Assembly (NCBI GenBank): GCA_907165135.1
Contig: OU015567.1
Coordinates: 14,632,001-14,696,000, forward strand
DNA: 64,000 nt
Origin: Oikopleura dioica
Taxonomy: Eukaryota > Animalia > Chordata
Direction of reading: 5' to 3'
Shown: positions 1 to 15,388 of the stretch, one piece after another
How the letters are laid out: each line of letters opens with the position of its first letter
Position numbering within the stretch: position 1 is the stretch's first letter
Notes under the pieces: generated by a model
Told to the model about the DNA's origin: nothing
Databases searched by the model: none
The model's input: the letters and a program-made list of their open reading frames with translations, nothing else
Program-made: the position numbers and the translations under genes

Positions 1-869
1 GAAGTCAATGATCTATTCAAGCTCGTTTCGGTAATCAGTTATGAAAATTGGCGAGGCGCCCCTTCACTTCTCTTTTTCCTTTTTCCTTATTTTGCCATTT
101 AATTACGCAACCACTTCTTAATGCGGCCAGATAAGCGTTCTAAAGCAAGAAATAAATTTCAGATATTTTACTCCATGAATATTGCGAGGGAGGCTTTTGC
201 TGGCATAATTTGTACCTAAAATACCCCGATGAATGTTTCTGCCTCTGTCAGGGACGCGACATGACGGTGATCTTGGAAATGGCAATGATTTCTAATGCAG
301 ACGAGGAAAAAGTCAATCCCGCGATTGCTTCCCACTCCAGTAAAGATTTCACACTTTCAGTAACAAAAATAAGAACAAGAAGCATTCTAATTGAAACTAA
401 AGCCATTATCAAATAGCTGTCGTGTTTTGTAATAAGAGCAGCTGAGTTGAGATATCCTCCGCATAAGAAACTTCGAGCACCCGAAACTTTATCATTGTGG
501 TTTAGTCGCTCTTTGCTTAATGATGAGAAATCATGAGAAAATTAAAATGAAAGAAGTTTAAATAAAACTTTTGCATAAAAGTCTTGATTGCCCAAAATGA
601 ATTTTCTGAGGCTCGTCTGGCTTCCGGTTAAATTTGGATGCGCCAAAATACCAATTTGCGTTGTCCTTTGGCTTTTTCTCTCCATTGGAAAGCACCAAAA
701 CTTCCGGAAACGTGCCACAGTATTACGCAAAAGAAGCTTCTAACTTTGTTCATCCTTGAAAACACTGTTAGCCGAATAGAATGCCAACTTGCTATCTCGA
801 AATTGCTATTTCGAAACTCCTTATGAAACTTCCTCTAAAGATTCTCCCTTTGTAAGTTCCAAATGAACT

Positions 870-1094
870 CCGGGCTCGGCAGGCTATGTAGAAAACCTGA
901 GTCAGGGTATAAAGAGCTTAAATGAAAAGCCGCGTAGCGTTTTAAACGAAGCCGCAAAGCAGCTTCGCAAAATTACCTTTTCACTCAATGTGAAAATTCT
1001 AGCGAAGCTGCTTGGCGGCTTCATTTTTACGCGGCTTTTCAATTTAGCTCTTTAGACCCTGACTCAGGTTTTCTACACAGGTTGCCGAGCCCAG
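870..1094. mobile_element. Palindromic MITE family A, copy 1
   Basis: Ends C(C/T)GGGCTCGGC...GTAGAAAACCTGAGTCAGG / CCTGACTCAGGTTTTCTACACAGGTTGCCGAGCCCAG; internal AAGCCGC-N3-GCGGCTT units; no clear TSD. Confidence 0.85.
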
Positions 1095-1501
1095 GCCATA
1101 CGAATCATATGATACGATTTCAACGAGAACTGCTTATTCAAATAGAACCCCCACCCGGTCTTGTAGAAATGTCTAAAAGCCCCACTTCCTTGACAAGTGT
1201 AGAAAACTGGCTTTAGGTTCCATATCAATAGAACCTTTTCACTCCTCGAGCTCGCTTCTATCAAATAATCGCCGCTAATTAGCATTTACTGGTAAAATTT
1301 ATGCAACTACGTGGTCGCCGGGCTAATTTTTCGGACTGTTTAGGAACCAGCGGGGCGGTTCAAGGTTAGAGGATCCATCCCCCGGATTTCCGCTCAGCCA
1401 AAAGATAACAAAAGAGCAATCCGGAAGTTCAATTTCAAAGCGTTACAAATTCGTTATTTTTTATCATTCGCGAAAGAATTTTAACGATAAACATGGAAAA
1501 A

Positions 1502-1739
1502 CTCGGCTCAACAACCAGTGTAGAAAACCTAAGTCAGGTTTTAAATTTCTAAAATGAAAAGCCGCGTAGCGGCTTTTAAACGAAGCCGCAAAGCGGCTTC
1601 GCTAATATTTTAAAATAGATAAGAGTAATCGTGCTGCGAAGCCGCTTCGCGGCTTCGTTTTGAAAAAGCCGCTACGCGGCTTTTCATTTTAGCTCTTCAA
1701 ACGCTGAATCAGGTTTTCTACACAGGTCGCCGTGCCCAG
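1502..1739. mobile_element. Palindromic MITE family A, copy 2
   Basis: Same TIRs (degenerate); flanks TGGAAAAA / TGGAAAAT (7/8 TSD). Confidence 0.85.
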
Positions 1740-2244
1740 TGGAAAATAGCTTGATTCAAAGCTGGAAGTTTTTCATTTTCTGTTTTATCATTTATTTTTG
1801 GAGTTTGATATAATTTCCTGAAAGCAGCTCTTCGATTTTCCCATCAATCGAGCAGCAGGTGTTTGTTAATGATTTCTATTATATTGTTTTGGCTTTTGGT
1901 GACTTGCGGTGACGGTTATCAGGCGGAAGTCTGGTTCAGCTCGTTATTCTACTCTCAAAATAATCATTTCTGTGACGGGACGAGCCTTCCGGTTGCTAAT
2001 CAGCCCTTGTCAGTCCAAATCTCAGCCCCACGCTATAGACACAACGTAGAGGGCTAAAAGGCAAACTTAATTATGAAATGGCCACCATTCGTGCATATGA
2101 CAGCTTCCTACCTTCTAAAAAGCCAAACAAAGTTTAGACAACTCTATTTGAAACGCTAGAAAAAGATTACGCTTGCAGAATATCCTTGAATTCAAGTTTT
2201 CAGGATGCAAAGCGGAGCCCTTTTTTGATCTATAAAACTCAAAA

Positions 2245-2358
2245 CTCGGCTCGAAAAACTGTAGAAATCCTGAGTCAGGGTCTTGAGAGCGAAGCGGCTT
2301 TCCTAAAAGCTCTTTTCGGACCCTGACTCAGGTTTTCTACACAGTTTTTCGAGTCCAG
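2245..2358. mobile_element. Palindromic MITE family A, internally deleted copy 3
   Basis: Both TIRs present with only ~40 bp between them. Confidence 0.8.
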
Positions 2359-2771
2359 GCTCAGGATCTTTGAGTTATTTCATTACCATTTTGGTTAGGT
2401 TTAATATTTACAAAAGCTGTCCTAAAGTGTACGAGCAAAGTACAGAACGCCTCATTTTTGACATTTGGAGTTTATTTATTCAACCTCCAAGTTCTATTTT
2501 CATTTTCTCGCGCGACGTTCCGATTATTTACGAGCCGCGCCAATGGTTATTCCCTGGCCAAAACAAGAGAATTTAATTGAAATAAAGCGATTTACGAGAA
2601 TTAATTATTACGCTTCGTTATTATTGTTCATTTAACACTACTAAAGTTGTAAAATCGAGCAATGCTTTTCTCACACTTTTTCAATCAAAATAAAACTCGA
2701 CCTAAGTTCCCAGAATAGCTGCTTTCTGGAGGATGTTTTTATGGAGCTACTTCTAGTACCGTTCTCGCGGC

Positions 2772-2987
2772 CTGGGCTCGGCAGCCTGTGAAGGAAACCT
2801 GAGTTAGGGCCAGAAAGAGCTGAAATGAAAAGCCGCGCAGCGGCTTTTATAAAAATGAAGCCGCGAAGTGGCTTCACCAGAATTTTTCGAGACTGTAATT
2901 GTAATAGTTGCGAAGCCGCATCGGGGCTTTTCATTTCTGCTCTTTCTGACCCTGACTCAGGTTTTCTACACTGGCTGCCGAGCCCAG
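2772..2987. mobile_element. Palindromic MITE family A, copy 4
   Basis: CTGGGCTCGGCAGCC...GGCTGCCGAGCCCAG; flanks CTCGCGGC / TTCGCGGC (7/8 TSD). Confidence 0.9.
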
Positions 2988-4942
2988 TTCGCGGCTTTAG
3001 GGAATCTTGAAGCTAGCCTGAGAGACCAAAGGTTTGAGAGATGCTAAAGATTGGCAATTAGCTATTGCATTTATTGCATAAGAATTGACATGTGTTCCAC
3101 ATAAAGGCGCGAGCGATAAGGAAAGGAGGGTTCTAGGAAAGGATGATATCCCAACGTGAAGTTGGCATTTAGATCTGCAAGAAATTTCTCTTATCTCTAC
3201 TAGAACCCACACGATGTCTAAACCCAGTTGAGCATATTTTATTTTATAGTTCTTTTTGGTTGATAATGCTCATGAGCGTTGGTAACTCAGTAAGGAGAAT
3301 GCCGTTATCAGCAACGTCGAGGGCACCCTAGCCGGGTTTGTTCCCTTTCGGGCAGCTAGAGTGGGGACCTCGGCGATGTGCCCAAAGCGCGCTCAAAGCT
3401 CATGGTTCCGCGCTCTTATGATGGCATCCCTGCAGGCCCCGTCCATGACCCTGTGTTTCTTTCGAAACCACAGCGGAGATTTCTGGTAGCGAGCAGGAGA
3501 GTCAAAATTCGATGCTGCGGGATGATCGATGTCGCAGGCAACAGTCTGACATGGCAGATGTCTTCATAGTTGGACAAAGAAGAGCTTTTTTAATCGCCAC
3601 CATCAACTGAAGCGGGGTTTTATGGTTTCTAGCGATGAAGGGAAGAAAAATGAGTTGTCATGAAAAATCATTTTTATGAAAATAATCAAGGATATTTTAT
3701 GATTTTGGAACTATTTGACCTAAATTTAGGACTAAGGAACTATTGAGAAAGATTATAAAAGCTTAAATTTTCGAAAAAAGAGGAATGATGTTTTGAAAAT
3801 AGCTTTGAAACGAAAAAAAGGTGTGAGAAGATGAGGATGAAATGGAGAAATAATCGAGTGAAAGGGAAGAATTTGGCCGACGATTGAAGTTCGAGTGGTG
3901 GTGTTTGTTTTTCCTGGTGCTGAACGCGAGACGTATAATTATAGCGCGCCCGTCGAGAGAGTGTTAGCCGCTGAGTGCCAAATACACAGCTGATTGAACG
4001 GGCCGCAATTACCACGCAACAAATCTACGCTTCTTTGTGCGAATGATATTGTTTGCGACTTAGATAACCAAAGTTACGAAGCTTCAGTCTTGGTTCATTT
4101 AGTATTTTTTAAACAAGGCTTCTTTTTTAAAGTTTCTTACTAGGAATAACTTCTCGCCCAAGAACCACCGCAGCGCCAGAAAGATGGATGGCCAAGGAAG
4201 TAATTTACCAATCTGCAAATAATTTCTTAAAAACCGACTCCAGATAGTCTGCGCACTCGCGTTTGAAGTTCCCACCCGCGAGCCATCGTACATCACACTT
4301 TTATGAACTTGATTTTCCAAATCGCGGAAATAGGTGTCAGATAATGCCAAAACCCAGGCAGGTACCCAGTCGACTGGGCTTTGGGGATTTCCTTCCGATC
4401 AATTTCAAGGCGCCAGAAATGTAGTACTACTCGGATAAACGATTTATCAAAGAAAATCATTGTTTTATTGAGGCTTTATTTTCAAGTCTACGGAAATACT
4501 GTCTCAGACGATTTCAGCTTCAAGCTCGATTTTTCCAAAAATTAATTGAAAAATAATCGGTATATTTTTAAATAAAAATATACACAAGAAGATCCTAATG
4601 ACAAGTTTTTCCTAAGAAAGTACTGTAGCCTGAATGGAATTGAACAGAATCACAGTTTTTATTGAGTTGGCCATATTTCACCTGAACAGGGCCTGGCTGA
4701 CGCGGCTCTATTTGAGTTATCTGGATACTGACAATTTCTTTATCCCTTCCGCTTTCTTCAAAGGTACAATTGCCAGCGCCAGCAGATGCATCCTGTCGCT
4801 AATGCCACACAATGTCTTGTTCTACACGCAAAATCTGGAATATCTTCTGACACAAAAAGTCGAAAACTAAGAGCGGAATTTGTCAACAGAGATTAAAAAT
4901 AAATAAAAAGGACAGGTATTTTTCTTACAGTGTTCTATAAAT

Positions 4943-5058
4943 GGGGGTTAGGCTTAGGGGGCTGGGAGTACCTTATGGGGGGTCCCAGGGGGCGAAGCCC
5001 CTGGGTTAGGCTTTTGGGGGCCCTGGGGTTAGGGTTATCAAATTAGGGTTAGGGTTAG
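4943..5058 (+). repeat. Interstitial telomere-like TTAGGG patch with GGGGCGAAGCCCC hairpin
   Basis: Several TTAGGG/TTAGGC units and the hairpin CCCAGGGGGCGAAGCCCCTGGG (4984-5005); same motif combination as inside the 20022-20548 element. Confidence 0.75.
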
Positions 5059-5957
5059 CAAATTACTGTATCTGCGAGTATTCTAAAAAGGCCAGGGTTA
5101 TTGAGGGTGATGTGCAGAGTGAGAGTACAAACTGACAGCATAAAAACCATCTGGCTTTGCTCGGAACTCGACGCTCGCTGTTTCCTGAAAGCCCCGTGGC
5201 GTGAGAATTTCTCAACACCAATAAAACTATATCTCAAATGCAGTCGTAAATTTCTCTGCACCCTTGCGCACTTACGCGTCTCGGGGCGAAAGAGCCACGG
5301 CTTCGAGGGGAAAGAGTTCGGCGGAAGTAACTTGTCAAATGGATTAACGATCACAACGTGTTAAAATTTACGGACTGCAGTCAAATAAATGTCACAAAGC
5401 ACTCCCCGAGAGCGATAACGATTCTTTGGGCACACACCTGGCCAAAAGTCCACTTAGCCACTTAGGCTCGTAAATTTATGGGAGCACGAATATCTAGCGG
5501 CTCTTAAGGGACTACACATCACTTCTAGTCTTGAGAATCATTTCGTTAAAACAGTAGTCGACTTTAAAACAGGACGAACAGCGGTTTTCTGTGAGTTTAG
5601 GGCATTGTTCAATTTGTTAGTTCAACAAAATCTGGCGAAGATTTGAAATTGTTTTACCAAAAAAGGCCACTGTCGTCTTAATTAATCCATCAAGCAATTC
5701 CTAAGGCGATCATCGAAAAGCCTCGGCGCACAATGACAACGCCTGGTTCTTGTTCTCTTTTTATACGTTTCCGAAAAGGCACAGATTTCGGACACTTTTC
5801 AATCTAACGATCAATGGCCTGTTGGTTTTACAAATCTGGCTAAAGAGGAATTTTTGAAGAGTTTCACTGGAGTTTAGAGTTTTATTGAATAAGAACCAAC
5901 TTCATTTACGAAGCACTCTATTGGAAATATTCTATAACTTTTAGCCTATCACGTAGT

Positions 5958-6188
5958 CTGGGCTCGGCAACCTGTGTAGAAAACCTGAGTCAGGAGCTGA
6001 AAGATCACAAATGAAAAGCCGCGAAGCGGCTTTTTTAAAACGAAGCCGCAAAGCGGCTTTGCCAGAATTTGAATATCGACTGTAAAGGAAGTTTTGCGGC
6101 TTTGTTTTTAAAAAAGCCGCTTTGCGGCTTTTCATTTGTGATCTTTCAGATCCTGACTCAGGTTTTCTACACAGGTTGCCGAGCCCAG
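5958..6188. mobile_element. Palindromic MITE family A, copy 5 (best preserved)
   Basis: Near-perfect ~100-bp arms; flanks CACGTAGT / TACGAAGT (6/8 TSD). Confidence 0.9.
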
Positions 6189-9100
6189 TACGAAGTAGCA
6201 TCCGTAGAGATCGCTTCGTGAAAAGCGCGAGAGCTCTTCCCGCAATTTAAAAGCCCTGTAACTCGTCATTACGTACTGTTACGGGGAGATGCTCAAATTT
6301 GATTTATGCGCCCCTTACGAATGAAAGCTTGGATAGAGTCGCTTTCCGAAGCTCCCCGTTCTGCTTCCGGAAATGTCAAATCTCGCTATCAATCGTGTTT
6401 ACTTGTCGAATCCTCAGTAAGTACTGTATCTCCTCGCTGACTTTGCTATCGAGCAATAATTGCTGTTCCAAACTTTCAATTTCGTAAAGAGCAATTTCGT
6501 ATTTACGCGCGGCTTAAAAAAAGAAAGCTATAGGAAGATAAATCCCAACGCCCCGGAGCAAGATTACTTTTGGTTCACAGGCAGCGCCCCTATCACTCTC
6601 CTTGGATTAGTGCTGAGTACGCGTGATGCTTCCGATTTCGACCCTCTTCAGGAAAATCCTATCTTAGTTCGAGTTCGTCGAGTGCGAGCACAAATACACA
6701 AAATACTCGGCAAGTAATTCTGCCAGCACAAATTCAAATTGTGACCTTGTACTTTGAGAAGTTTACAATCCCCCCTTTCGAATTGTAATTTGAAATTCAT
6801 CTTTCACATCGTAAATCATAAAAATTTACTAAGATGATAATCCAAAAGTGATATTTTTTCTGACGTCAAATTGTTCAAAGAGCAGTTTCCAGGACTAGAA
6901 CTATCACCAGTAGCGCAGTGACAGAACGTCACTTTCGCTCAATTTCAAAGAGAGCCGCCGCAGGTGCATTCGATGACAGTAGTGGACAAGCATAATCCCC
7001 ACGCGCCTCGGGGCAAGCTATGCACTCACAAACCGGCGGGTCGAATGACATCGCCTGTCGATTAAAACTTTCTTTTTGTAAACGTTTCTTTAACGCTGGT
7101 GGCCCGAGCTTTTCTCTCTTCTCTTTATCGAACTCTAAAATGCGCGTTTATCCAAAAACGGCGATATTCGAAAAAGAGCTGTTTTGGCCTCACGTGCAAT
7201 CTGGCGCGCATCTTCCGAGTGGCACTGCAAGAAACTGGGCCCAAGCCCTTATCACCCTTTTCGCTCGGCGGGATATCAAACCGAAACTTAGACTTCTCAG
7301 AGCCGCTATCAACCACGGCCGGGCGCTATAAGTACGTTAGAACTGATAAAGACGCGCGCTATCACTATCCGAGCGTCTTCTAAACAATTTGGGTTTAATT
7401 AGGGGACTTTTTCCCTAATCAGCACTTTTTAACTTTTGGAAGTTTGTCGAACTGGAAGAACTTTGTCAGAATTGAAGTTCACTGCCCTGAGCTAATAGTT
7501 TCAAGTGCTCTAGAGTCGTTTACCCATGCTCAGAAGGTCTCGATATGTTGTGACAGTATCGACCCTTGAAAGTCGCTCCGCTAGTACTTAGTGTCAATAG
7601 AAGCAGCAGTCGATACAGTCTCCATCTCGGAAGTAACTGTAGGAAAATAAGTAGAATATCTGTTTTGAGATACTTCCGGCGCGAATATGGAAGGTCAATA
7701 TTAAAAAGTCGAATTTTTGTAAATAAAAAATTTAAATTAGAGAAAATAAAATGAATTTTCTTTGAAAAATCGGAAATGCAAAGATCTTCTACTAGTTGCA
7801 AATATTTTCATAGAAATTTTTAATTAGATTTTTTTCTAGTCGAAGCGCGAGTTGGTGGTGGTGGTGTTAGACGACAGGTGGTCGCCTTGAACCGAAATCG
7901 CGCTGGCCTTGGCTAGCGATGCAGGAGAGGAGCCCCGCTAACCCGTTAGAGCGAGGTGGCGCTGCTCCGTGCGCGGAAGAAGTACATTGGTGGCGCTCTA
8001 ACGCTCCTCCACCCGGAAGATGAGCCGGAGAGCCAACCAGCGAAGGACTCACTTTTGTAATTCGTAACCTCTTTCGATTTCCAAAAACTCACTTGACTAG
8101 AAACGAAAAGAAAATAGTTGATAAGAAAAAATCTTCTTTGAAGTTCAAATTTTCCTCATTCAAGAGATTGGATATTTTAACCCGCCGCAGCGCATCGTTC
8201 CCGAAATCGACCATCTTCTGAAACCAAGAAATCAACAACGAGACTTCTCAGCTTCTGAGGTAAGAGTTCTTCACCAGATTTTGCATCTTTCTTAACCTGT
8301 TAACGTGAGAAAGACACAAGCAGTGCACGTGGGGCCAAATTGGACCCGGCCTCAATGCGACCTTTACCGGTTAAGTTGTCTAAAAGAGCAGAATTCGATT
8401 TTCGTTCTAAATTATTTGGATCGGAACCAGATTCACGTCACGCCAAAATAGCACCTGATTTTACGCCCGGAGATAATGATTTCAAACATTTTCAATTTCG
8501 CTCAACTCGCCGCGTTTTTTCTGACGGCTTACATAATCCAGCTCAATTGGTTCTCATTAGATACTACTGATAGGAGCACTTGAAGGGCTGGTGGGAAAAT
8601 TCTTGGAGAAATAAATTCTTTCCTAGAAAATAGTGGCCGATTCATGATGAGAGTAGTCAAATTTTAGGGTCTAAAAGAGAACTATTCTTGAACAGAGTTC
8701 CCCGAAGTAAACAAAAATTTTCAAAGAGAGCCTCAAAAATAAGGGTACACAAGATAGCCGCGATAATCAGAATACACAAGCGCTTAGCTTCATTAGTAAC
8801 TGTATCGAGGTTAATTTTGTTTGTGTTCTACCACTGGGCCACTTCCGTGGATATCGTTACCGGACATCCGACCCTGTCAGAAAATTCCCTCACTTACTAT
8901 GCTATTTCTGCGCTCTATCCCAAAATAGTCCCAAAATGGCTCATTTACGGCGTTACCCGGATTCCGGAAATCCGTCAAAAAATGAAAAATCGTTTATTTT
9001 TTTTTCCTCAATTTTATCATCTTTTTCTGGACTGAAGCTATTTTGGAGCAAGGTGACGGATCGGTGAGGCCCTCGAAGATGAAATTTTGAATTGGAAAAT

Positions 9101-9392
9101 TTGCGCTAATCGGACAAATGCCACTTCGCCGTGTTCCGACTGGTCAGCCGGCCGATCCTTTTTCAATGATCAATTTTATATCAAACGGAATACCCGTAGT
9201 GCCCGTTTAGCCCAAAACAGGAGGGAGTAGACATGCTTATCTAGAATAACCGAGGCGTCAAGGTCATTTTCCCGGCGTCATTTTATCACTGATCGACAAT
9301 TTGATTAGAAAGTACACGGAGTCGACATGCCCTGTTTTCAAAATAAAGACCTACTTTTGTTTGAAGAAAAAGAGTTTGTAAGATTCCACGTA

Positions 9393-9634
9393 AAGGGCTT
9401 GGCCTGTGTAAAAAACCTGATTCAGGGTCTGAAAGATCTTTACTGAAAAGCCGCGTAGCGGCTTTTTTTTAATCGAAGCCGCAAAGCGGCTTCGCCAAAC
9501 TTTAAAAATATATCGAAAGAGTAATTTTACAAAGCCGCTTCGCGGCTTCGTCCTTCAAAAAGCCGCTACGCGGCTTTTCATAAGAGATATTTTTGACCCT
9601 GACTCAGGTTTTCTATACAGGTCGCCGAGCGCAG
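9393..9634. mobile_element. Palindromic MITE family A, copy 6
   Basis: Same TIR and internal palindromes; left end degenerate. Confidence 0.85.
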
Positions 9635-10101
9635 GGAACGCATCTCAAAATTTTTACTCATCCAGTTACTCAATGTCCAAGTACAAAAAAAGTGGCCGGA
9701 TGTGGTCAGTGTAAAATCTAATCTTGTTTTTGCTCGCGGTCGAGAACGCAACAAATGCGAATATCTCTCCCTCTCTCCGTTTCCGCGCGTGCTTGAAATG
9801 ATTCTATTTTTTTTTGAAAATGGGGGAATGCATAATTACAAAACCGAAAAAGCGGAAGCTGGAGAAATTCGCGCGGGAAGTGGTGTTGCGGGAATTTCGC
9901 GAAGCCAACACAAGAATTAGCTGGACAAATTAATCGAAGAATTCAGTGGCCTTTCGCTTTATTCAGCAGTTACACCTTAGAAAGGAGTCTCGATTAAATA
10001 ACAAATCAGGACATTTAGGAACTTTGTGACCAAAGTTCAGCCGCTTTTTAAAATAATCCGAATTTATAAAAGCCGAAAAAATAAGAAAATATTTCAGAAA
10101 A

Positions 10102-12893
<2,792 letters not shown>

Positions 12894-13607
12894 AATCCTC
12901 TTCCGAAGACGGCGATTTATATTTTTTGCACATTCCCTTCATTCCTCTTACTACATGTTTCTGTACAAAACCGAGTCCTTTTACAATTTTGTAGTTTGAA
13001 AATTCTTTCTATTGAGTCAATACTGACACTGCAATCATTTTCTGTACATTTTTGATTCTGCTCCGAAATGTTCCAAATCAATCAAACAGTAAATAAATAC
13101 AAATCAAAGAAAAAAAAACGAGCTCTCTTCCTATTTATTAAAAGTAAAATACCGTCGAATTTCGTTACCTTTTTCTAAAAGAAGAATCTCTCGAAAGACG
13201 TCCTTTCTCTTGACCTCTTTGAATAGGCAGTATCGGAGATAGTATTTCCATCTCTGGCGAAATGGCAGGTGCTCGTGGCCTGTCCAATAAATCGCGAAAT
13301 AAATTTCTTTTCGGCTCCTCTCTGTCTCGCTCGATTGTTAACTTCCGCCAAATAAAAGTGCAAATCAGCTTTGTGGACTTTGCAGTTGTAAATTTACAAC
13401 TGCATCCGTAAGATATTCAAATTGTGGTAATTTCCTTTAAAAAATAACACACGATTTAATGTGTTTGAAACTCGTCACTAAAACTTTGTATTTTCTCGTA
13501 AACTTCAATCTTGAATGAGAGTGGATTCGAAAGGAAATTATATTGAAAAAGGAGAAAATAGAGATTGCATAGAAGTTTTAAGCTTTGTTCTCTTTGAAGG
13601 CTCCGAA

Positions 13608-15388
13608 TCAGAAGAAAGCTTCTGTGACTGGGCGAAGCTTGAGGTTCGATCCCATCGCTCGCACAATGAAGTTAGTTGGATCGGTTGTTGGCTCCTTCAG
13701 TTTGGTAGAAACAGTCTGAAGTAGTCTCGTAGTCATGAAATCAACAAGGATCGACTTACGATGAGATATTTTCCTGGAGCGACATCGAGAAGATAGCCAT
13801 TATGGCTGTAGGGATACGGTTGATGGCCTGACTTATTGGGGAAGACTGGCTCAACTTTTTGAAGTTTTTTGAAGTCTGGAGTTCCACTCTGAGGGCGATT
13901 GAAAGGATCGTCTCCGGATTTGCTTGTTGTTGCCCAGAAATTTACCAGCACAGATCGTTTTACTTTTACAGGCGAATCAATGAGTATCTTGGAGAAATTA
14001 AGGAAGAATAATGTGAAGACAAAGGCGATGTACCTGTAGCCAAATAAGTCTTGTGTCGGTTTGGCCGTAATCACCAACTGAAAGCTCAATTTGACTTGAC
14101 AGATCTGGATTTTTGTTGTTCCCTCCCGAGAGAGGATCATTCTGGGCTCCTGGTGGGAAGGTTCCACTTACTCGCACATCTCGGCTATTTTTCTCTCTAA
14201 GAAAATATTATTTACAAGTAATCTTGAAAAAACTCACTCTTCAGAAATATCACCATCTTCGTCATTGACGTCTAAGCCAGGCAAGGCACAAATGGTCAAG
14301 TTTTCGAATTCATCGACCCAATCTTCAAGTTCCATCCAAAAAGACCCGTCGTTTGAGTTGACTACCCCTAGTCGTTTCTTTTCGTCATCAGAAACACTTG
14401 AATATCGTAAAAAATCATAAAAAGAAAAACACAAAATAATAATAAAAATTCTAAGTAAAATTTATAGCTCTAAGAACCATAAACATGATAATTAGCTGAC
14501 ATACTCGGCCCACTTCGTGTCATCATCATTCCAGGCGCCGTCCCATTCGCCACGCCCTTGCGGATTTCGAATCTTGACCATATCCAACTTACTTCCGTCT
14601 GACAAAGTCATTGTGTCCACAAGCAGCAAAGAGTAAGCATGTCCCGAAACTAGTCCCTTCGTGACTTTTTCGTTTCCGGCGCCATCTCGATTTGAAGTTG
14701 TGATGAGTGAGTTTCGTTGGAGTTTCTTTAGAAGATCACCGAGATTGACACCGGTACTGTCCAAATTGTTCGCATCTACAGCGATTCCTCCACTCAGTTC
14801 GGTCAGTGCTACGGCTGTCTCTCCGCCGACAATGTTGTTGTACCCACCATGAAACTTAGCGTATGCCTTTTCAACGAGAGGCACCCACCACTCGCCATTC
14901 TTAGATTCGATAGCTCGGTTTATTTTGCCTTCATGTCTATCCGGGAGCTTATCATCGATCACCACATCGACCCACTCGCCCATGCGGAAGAACTTGAAAT
15001 GGTATCCACCAGCGCCTTTCGCCAACATCGTGGTATTGAAGCCAGTCTTGGATGAAAGTAAGTATCTAGAGAAAATCTCTCTCTATAGAGCTACCTGAAG
15101 AACTCTTTTGATAGAATCTTCCTTGATTTTGGCAACTTTTGTTCCCGACTGATCTTTCGCCGCGATTGAAGAAAGCGCAGCAAGAAACCAGCAATCTCCG
15201 AGTTGACCTTGTTTCACATCGCAAGCGTCGGATCCTTCATCAATGAAGCTAGCCGAGCCCGATCGGTCCTTCAAGCGAAAGGTCTTTACAGCCTTAGTGA
15301 GTTCCTTGTTCGCCTCGATGTCGAAATCTTCGTCATCGAAGCACGATCCACTATCGGATGCTTTTCGAAGCTTTTCAACTTGCGCCAT
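13608..15388 (-). CDS. Atypical calpain (CysPc + domain III, no penta-EF hand)
   Basis: QGQLGDCWFLAAL (Cys), GHAYSL (His), RNPQG (Asn), LVEKAYAK, DGSFWM; C-terminal PGKYLITVST..FIVR; multi-exon. Confidence 0.9.

Noticed and set aside
3319-3385. HDV-like ribozyme on the minus strand
   Set aside because: P1 only 5 bp and P2 4 bp; fold incomplete
7930-7950. Telomerase RNA template (CTAACCC) or twister ribozyme start
   Set aside because: Only a 7-nt match; no pseudoknot, H/ACA or twister core recognised
1-10000. Many 60-115 aa ORFs in the track
   Set aside because: No recognisable domains; mostly non-ATG starts; several overlap MITEs
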